NCBI GenBank assembly: GCA_947507965.1
Contig: CANNQU010000004.1
Location: 15,652 to 79,651, forward strand
Length of the DNA: 64,000 nucleotides
Source of the DNA: Bacteroidota bacterium
GTDB taxonomy: Bacteria > Bacteroidota > Bacteroidia > UKL13-3
Direction of reading: 5' to 3'
The position numbers were made by a program, and so were the translations under genes. The notes beneath the pieces are model-generated. The model did not search any database. It was given only the letters and a program-made list of their open reading frames with translations, and was not told the origin of the DNA. How positions within the stretch are numbered: the first letter of the stretch is position 1; each line of letters starts with the position of its first letter. Of this stretch, positions 58,085 through 64,000 are shown in pieces.

Positions 58085-61000
58085 ATGAAGTTAGGGTGGC
58101 CCTTCTTTTTTTTCTTCATTTTATTTTTCACACATGAAAGGGTAAAAAGTCAGACGTTATTGCCTTTGCAATTTAAATCCGGGAATGTTTTTCCGGTGGT
58201 GTATTTAAACGACTTCGACAACCCACAGCAACGATCTAAAATGCAGTATGGGAACCAATACTATTTCATACTGCAATTTGAAAAAGTTCCTAATGAGTAT
58301 CTAATGCAAGAAATAAGTACCTCTTATGACTTGGTTTTTGAACAGTACCTCCCCTCCAATAGTTTTTATTGTTATTCAACAAAACCAATATCTGCAAGCT
58401 CTTTTGAACGATATCGTATCCGTTCTATATCGGCGGTTGAAACAACAAACAAAATAGACCTCGAATTAAAATCAAAGATATCTAGTCAGGAGGTACCCCC
58501 TGGAAACCTATTAAATATGGCCATCACCGTTTATGAACAAGGTGATTTAGGGAAGGCTATCAATATACTTTCTTTACTCGGGTTTGAAGTTCAAAAACAG
58601 TCATTGTACAAAAAAATAATTCATCTCAAGGCAGAGGCAAAAGAACTTCCTATTTTAGCTGCCTTACCGTTTATTGTATGGATTGAAGCCGAGCAGCCGA
58701 CTCCTTTTTCTTATAATCTCCCGGGATTGAACGACCATCGAGATAATGTATTAAATTTTTCAGGTCTGGGTGGTTATAATCTTCATGGCGACTCGGTTGT
58801 AATTGGGGAAGGAGATGATGGATATGTTCAGCCACACCTAGATTATTCTTCTCGGCTTTCTAATTTTTATCTCTTACAAAACTCGGATCACCCGGAACAT
58901 GTTGCAGGCACCATCATTGGAGCCGGAAACATTGACCCTTCTTTCAAAGGTATGGCTGACAAGGCGACGTTACTTGTCGATCATTTTAATGCAATTCAGG
59001 ACGACGTGCCGATATTGTATCCTTCAAAGAATATGGTTATTACCAGTAACTCTTGGGGTAGCACATCGGGATGCAGTAGTATTGGTCAATATACGGCTTC
59101 CAGCAGTTCTATCGATCAGCAATTGCGCCTTTACCCCAAATTGTTACATGTATTTGCTGCCTCTAATGATGGCGCAAATGCCTGTGCCCCTTATTCTGCT
59201 GGTTATCGAACCATTAGTAGTAATGAAAATTGTGCAAAAAACATACTCACTGTTGGTGCCGTTACATCGATCGACGCGATCGCCAGTTTTTCGAGTAGAG
59301 GTCCTTGTTTGGATGGAAGAATAAAACCTGAAGTTTGTGCCGTGGGAGTTCTTGTTAACTCTACGGTTCGTACCAATACCTATTCTTTAAAATCAGGTAC
59401 AAGTATGGCTACGCCAGGCGTTAGCGCTACCCTGGCATTACTAGAGCAACGTTATCGGCAGTTACATTCTTTTACAAATGCCGACGGTGCGTTTTTAAAA
59501 GCCCTGCTCGCCAATACAGCCGATGATTTGGGAAACGCAGGGCCGGATTATTATTACGGTTTTGGCAGAATTAATGCTCGCAAAGCCATAGCCTGTCTGG
59601 ATGCTAATCGGTATCTCGAAAATACAGCGTCGCAAAATGATAGTATTAGTTATGTTATTACTATTCCTTCTGATGTTTCCCAGTTGAAGGTCATGTTGTA
59701 TTGGAATGATAAGGAGGGGTCGGTAGCAGCGTCTTATGCCTTGGTAAACAATTTAGATTTGAAAGTTTATGATCCTGCAAGCACTTTGTATCAGCCTTGG
59801 GTACTTGATTATCGCGCTGCCAATTGCGCATTGCCTGCCACTCGTAAAGCCGACACGCTAAACAATATAGAACAAGTTACCATAACGAACCCAAGTAGTG
59901 GAAGTTATCTTCTGGTGGTACGCGGCACCAATATCCCCTTTGGCCCTCAAAACTTTAAACTAATATATGATTATTACCCACCTGCCATAAAATTAACCTA
60001 TCCTATTGGAAACGAAAAGCTTGTTTCCGGTACTTCCGAAACTATTTATTGGGATAATACCGGCATTACAACGGGCACCTTTAGTTTGTCGTATTCGAGC
60101 GACAGTGGAATTACGTATACCAGCATAGCCAGCGGCATCCCGGTCACCACCCATTTTTTTACCTGGAGCTTATTACCTAGTGTTTATTCGAATAAATGCA
60201 TGGTGAAAATAACGCATAGTACTGGTTTATTTCTTGATTCCTCTATGGCAATTTTTACCATTGCAGGTAAGCCCGGTTCTTTTTCAATTAGTGCGTGTGA
60301 TAAGCAGGCTCGTCTAAGTTGGACTTCGGTTACAGGGGCATTAGCATATCAAATATATTTAATTGATACGAACCAAACGGGGAATATATTGAGTGTCAAA
60401 CAAGTGAGTGGCACTTCCTGCAGTGTAAGTCCATTAACCAGCGGAAGGGACTATTGGTTTAGTGTTGCCGCTGTATTCACGGGTGGTTTTATCGGTCAGC
60501 GTACGGTTGCTGTCAAAACAACCTCCACAACGAATGCCTGCAATAATGCGAACGATATTGGTATATCAGCCATTGTTGCACCAACGAGTGGACGCCGGAA
60601 TACATCCACCCAGCTTTCATCCACACAAAATATTACCGTTACACTAATAAACTATAGCGGTTCGAGTGTCTCATCCATTCCTATTCATTATTCTTTGAAT
60701 GGTGGCACGGTTATTTCTGAAACCTATGGTGGCACAATTTCGGCTAACAGTTCGGTAAACTTCACCTTTGCGACGACGGCTAATTTTCTCGCCACAGGAA
60801 ATTATTTGTTAACATGTTTCACAACCTATGTAAGCGACCCAAATGCTAGTAATGACACGATAGTAATGGTTGTTAAACAGATCATTAATGACCCCATAAC
60901 ACTACCTTTATTCGAAAATATGGAAGGCTGTACTCAAACGTCTTTATCGGCAAATTATATTGGAGTTGAAGGAATGGAATTAGCCGATTATAGTACCAGC

Positions 61001-63430
61001 ACCTTGTTGGGGCGCTCCCGTTTTAGTTTAAGCAGCGGTTTTACTACTTCAGGAAGTAAATCGGTGGTGATGGATAAATCAATACCTAGCGGTGCAACCA
61101 ATATAAATTACGTAACCTTTACCTTTAATTTATCTAATTATACGGCTAGCTTTTACAATCCAACCCTTACCTTTAACTTTACACATTATGGCGAAGAGTT
61201 GAATGCCGCCGATAGTGTATGGATACGCGGTGACGATACACAACCCTTTATTCCGATCTACAGTTTATTTCAGAATAAGCCATCGATAGGGTTTTTTAAA
61301 ACATCTAGCCTTCTAAATATAAAGACACTTTTAAGTGCCGGTGGACAAAGCATTTCGTCTTCCTTCCAACTTAGGTTCGGGCAGCAGGACGATAGCTCTA
61401 CCTTTAGCTCCAGTAATGCCGATGGTTTTGCTTTTGACGATATACGTATTTTTGATTTGAATAGTGATGTAGGTATGGATTCGGTTATTGGGCTTAATAA
61501 CGATTGCTCGCTTTCGGCGGCGACAAGAATTATTTTTAAAATCACCAATAATTCATCAAGTGTGCTAACCAATATCCCGGTAGCTTATACGGTTAATGGA
61601 GGAAGCGTGTTACGCGATACCATACCAACACTAGCAGCCAACACCACAGTTATTGATACTTTTTCCACTCTGGCGGATTTTTCTTTACCAGGACTTTATC
61701 AGGTAAGGGTATGGAATGAATGGGTTGCCGATCAGTATCACAACAACGATACTTTCATTCGTAGCGATTTATATAATTATGGATTAGTAGCTTCGTACCC
61801 GTATCATCAGAATTTCGAAACCTCCGATGGTAACTGGATCAGTGGAATTAAAAGTGGAACCCAAAATAGTTGGTTGTGGGGAAGTCCAAGTAAAACCATG
61901 ATTAATGGTGCAGGCAGTGGAAGCAAATGCTGGGTTACCAATCTTACTTCGAACTATCCTTCTAACGAAGAAAGTTTCTTGCTCTCTCCTTGTCTTGATT
62001 TTTCTGCCCTGAGCAATCCTAAAATTTCATTTCTTATGAACTTTGTAACCGAATCAACCTGGGATTGTGTTGTATTGGAGCAGAGCATTAACGGTGGAGT
62101 AACTTGGCAACGAGTGGATAGCAGTAACAACACGGAGTTATATAATGCACCCATGATGCAAGTCGGTTCGCCCGACGCCCCCGTATGGAGCAACAGTAGC
62201 AGTGGCTGGAGCTTGTATCAATTTCCGTTACATGGGATGGAGATCCAATCGAACTGTAAAATACGTTTTCGTTTTTTTAGCGATGGAGGAGTTGTTGATG
62301 AAGGAGTAGCAATTGATAGTATTGTTATTTACGACAAACTGCCAATACGTACTACCAGTGCTGATTATTTGATAACGGGCAATAAACCCATATTTAAAGG
62401 AAGCGAGTGGATAGATGTAGCAGACGATGCAAATAATATTGTTTTTTCTATTAATCCTAAGGGTAATAATTTAGGAAGTACGGCATGGGGCGTTCGCATC
62501 AATAATGGCTCCATTCGCACCGATTCGGTGGAGTCGGGAGGCACTAAGAATTTTGGCTATTATCTTGATAGAAACTTTTTTATTCATCCTCAAACTCAGC
62601 CTTCTTCGGCAGTCGATATTCGTTTTTATGTAAAGACTGCAGAGATTCAGCGTATCATAGACTCCGTTTTTAATAAATATGGCCGCGTTATTCCTGCCGA
62701 CAGTATTGATGTCTCCAAAGAAGCATCTACGAGCATCAATTTAGATCCTACGATTCACACTGGTTCAACAGGAATGTTATTGCTTAATTCCTCCGCTTCT
62801 GCCTATAATACCGATCTCTACCTTCAGGTCTCCACGGCATCATTCAGCAAGTTCAATCCAAGTTACGTGCCGCCTAATCCAAGTTTGTCTTTACCCGTAA
62901 AATGGTTAACGGTAAAGGCACAATGGGAAGATAACCTTGCTAAAATAAGTTGGAAAGTGGGGCAGGAAATAAATGTGGGTCGTTATGAAATAGAAGTTTC
63001 GTGGGATGGCTTGCATTTTGAAAAAGTAGGAGAAGCGGCTTCCAAGCACCAATCGTATATTGAACAGAACTATTTTTTCTTTCATTCATGGGTCACTAAT
63101 AATCAAACCGCGTTTTATCGTATAAAGCAAATCGATTTCAATGGAACCTTCACCTATTCAGCTCTGGTAAGGTTATCCAGGCTTTTGCAGTCTTCTATTT
63201 ACCCAATTCCGGCGACCGATAAACTGAATATCATACTCTCCGAAAATCATTCGACACAACCCCTTGTTGTAACGTGTTTTGACATGGAAGGAAGAGCGCT
63301 TTTTAGCGAGGCAATCCCTCCGTATCAAAGGCAGTCTCGATTGAATGTAAAGACATTACCCAATGGCATTTACATGCTTCGTTTTAACGATGCCTCTTAT
63401 AAAACGATACGTTTTGAGGTCTTCCGTTAG
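58085..63430 (+). CDS. Large secreted S8 subtilase with Ig/FN3/CARDB-like modules and T9SS C-terminal domain
   Basis: GEGDDG (Asp), HPEHVAG (His), AASNDG, SGTSMATP (Ser); LPVKWL...YRIKQIDFNG; IYPIPA...LPNGIYMLR. Confidence 0.92.
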   Translation: MKLGWPFFFFFILFFTHERVKSQTLLPLQFKSGNVFPVVYLNDFDNPQQRSKMQYGNQYYFILQFEKVPNEYLMQEISTSYDLVFEQYLPSNSFYCYSTKPISASSFERYRIRSISAVETTNKIDLELKSKISSQEVPPGNLLNMAITVYEQGDLGKAINILSLLGFEVQKQSLYKKIIHLKAEAKELPILAALPFIVWIEAEQPTPFSYNLPGLNDHRDNVLNFSGLGGYNLHGDSVVIGEGDDGYVQPHLDYSSRLSNFYLLQNSDHPEHVAGTIIGAGNIDPSFKGMADKATLLVDHFNAIQDDVPILYPSKNMVITSNSWGSTSGCSSIGQYTASSSSIDQQLRLYPKLLHVFAASNDGANACAPYSAGYRTISSNENCAKNILTVGAVTSIDAIASFSSRGPCLDGRIKPEVCAVGVLVNSTVRTNTYSLKSGTSMATPGVSATLALLEQRYRQLHSFTNADGAFLKALLANTADDLGNAGPDYYYGFGRINARKAIACLDANRYLENTASQNDSISYVITIPSDVSQLKVMLYWNDKEGSVAASYALVNNLDLKVYDPASTLYQPWVLDYRAANCALPATRKADTLNNIEQVTITNPSSGSYLLVVRGTNIPFGPQNFKLIYDYYPPAIKLTYPIGNEKLVSGTSETIYWDNTGITTGTFSLSYSSDSGITYTSIASGIPVTTHFFTWSLLPSVYSNKCMVKITHSTGLFLDSSMAIFTIAGKPGSFSISACDKQARLSWTSVTGALAYQIYLIDTNQTGNILSVKQVSGTSCSVSPLTSGRDYWFSVAAVFTGGFIGQRTVAVKTTSTTNACNNANDIGISAIVAPTSGRRNTSTQLSSTQNITVTLINYSGSSVSSIPIHYSLNGGTVISETYGGTISANSSVNFTFATTANFLATGNYLLTCFTTYVSDPNASNDTIVMVVKQIINDPITLPLFENMEGCTQTSLSANYIGVEGMELADYSTSTLLGRSRFSLSSGFTTSGSKSVVMDKSIPSGATNINYVTFTFNLSNYTASFYNPTLTFNFTHYGEELNAADSVWIRGDDTQPFIPIYSLFQNKPSIGFFKTSSLLNIKTLLSAGGQSISSSFQLRFGQQDDSSTFSSSNADGFAFDDIRIFDLNSDVGMDSVIGLNNDCSLSAATRIIFKITNNSSSVLTNIPVAYTVNGGSVLRDTIPTLAANTTVIDTFSTLADFSLPGLYQVRVWNEWVADQYHNNDTFIRSDLYNYGLVASYPYHQNFETSDGNWISGIKSGTQNSWLWGSPSKTMINGAGSGSKCWVTNLTSNYPSNEESFLLSPCLDFSALSNPKISFLMNFVTESTWDCVVLEQSINGGVTWQRVDSSNNTELYNAPMMQVGSPDAPVWSNSSSGWSLYQFPLHGMEIQSNCKIRFRFFSDGGVVDEGVAIDSIVIYDKLPIRTTSADYLITGNKPIFKGSEWIDVADDANNIVFSINPKGNNLGSTAWGVRINNGSIRTDSVESGGTKNFGYYLDRNFFIHPQTQPSSAVDIRFYVKTAEIQRIIDSVFNKYGRVIPADSIDVSKEASTSINLDPTIHTGSTGMLLLNSSASAYNTDLYLQVSTASFSKFNPSYVPPNPSLSLPVKWLTVKAQWEDNLAKISWKVGQEINVGRYEIEVSWDGLHFEKVGEAASKHQSYIEQNYFFFHSWVTNNQTAFYRIKQIDFNGTFTYSALVRLSRLLQSSIYPIPATDKLNIILSENHSTQPLVVTCFDMEGRALFSEAIPPYQRQSRLNVKTLPNGIYMLRFNDASYKTIRFEVFR

Positions 63431-63495
63431 GTGAAAAAAATCATTGTTTTTATGATGTTTGAAGAGTAAATAAGGGGCCATACGCGCCCCAAGAT

Positions 63496-63535
63496 TTAAC
63501 ATATAGATAACATAAGGTTAATTTTGGGTTAATCG
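63496..63535 (+). promoter_or_regulatory. Pho-box-like array of four 11-bp-spaced half-sites
   Basis: TTAACAT 63496, ATAACAT 63507, TTAATTT 63518, TTAATCG 63529. Confidence 0.55.
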
Positions 63536-63576
63536 TCACTTCATTTCTTTGCCATCAAATAATAATCAAGTCAATC

Positions 63577-64000
63577 ATGCAAAGAAAAAATACTTTCGCA
63601 CTAATCACAGGGATACTTTTTATATGTTTCTCGAAAATGGCAACAGCGCAGGAGATCGAGCAAACGCCTCTTGACACGCTAACAACAACAGTTTCTAAAT
63701 TGCAAACCGAACTCGATTTGCAGAAAAAATTTAAAATTAGCGGCTATGTGCAAGCACAGTTTCAAAGCATTGATTCGGCTGGGGCTTCAAGTTTTGCCGG
63801 AGGGAATTTTCCTGCCTATACTAACAATAGATTTGTTTTACGTAGGGGTAGAATAAAGGCGGCTTATGACAATGGTATTGCACAAGGTGTAATACAGTTC
63901 GATGCCACCGAAAAAGGACTAGCCTTGAAAGATGCCTATATTAAAATTACAGAGCCTTGGTTAAATGCGGTAAGTTTAACTAGCGGTGTTTTTGATCGTG
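63577..64000 (+). CDS. Porin, OprO/OprP-like phosphate-selective family (3' end outside the window; absent from the ORF track)
   Basis: MQRKNTFALITG...; short coiled coil, then KISGYVQAQFQ...NNRFVLRRGRIK...QFDATEKG..LKDAY. Confidence 0.8.
   Translation, partial: MQRKNTFALITGILFICFSKMATAQEIEQTPLDTLTTTVSKLQTELDLQKKFKISGYVQAQFQSIDSAGASSFAGGNFPAYTNNRFVLRRGRIKAAYDNGIAQGVIQFDATEKGLALKDAYIKITEPWLNAVSLTSGVFDR

Overview
Chromosomal segment of an AT-rich Bacteroidota bacterium. The taxonomy rests on TAnnTTTG -7 promoter elements, T9SS C-terminal domains, GLPGLI and DUF1573 proteins, a MurF-Alr fusion and birA/rsfS/ftsH synteny. The backbone is housekeeping: purE, birA, rsfS, ftsH, rarA, secA, a RluA-family synthase, purL, murF-alr and recA. 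It also carries two LytS/LytTR systems, an ECF sigma operon, PafA, a GH3/beta-lactamase fusion, kynurenine-pathway genes, a large T9SS subtilase and the start of a porin. Two AT-richer accessory blocks stand out. The first (~29.4-37.8 kb) holds an SBBP propeller gene, a scar of IS3/Fic/IS21-like fragments and a four-gene surface-glycan cassette. The second (~43.2-48.3 kb) holds an IS21-like end, a TylF-like methyltransferase, a propeller-LytS/LytTR pair and a possible LytTR-driven small RNA. I found no rRNA, tRNA, CRISPR array or intact mobile element. The best leads are the candidate sRNA, the glycan cassette with a GT-C-like orphan, the ECF sigma with twin membrane paralogs, several apparently leaderless genes, and an 11-bp-period Pho-box-like array before the porin. 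All calls come from reading motifs by eye; no database searches were run.
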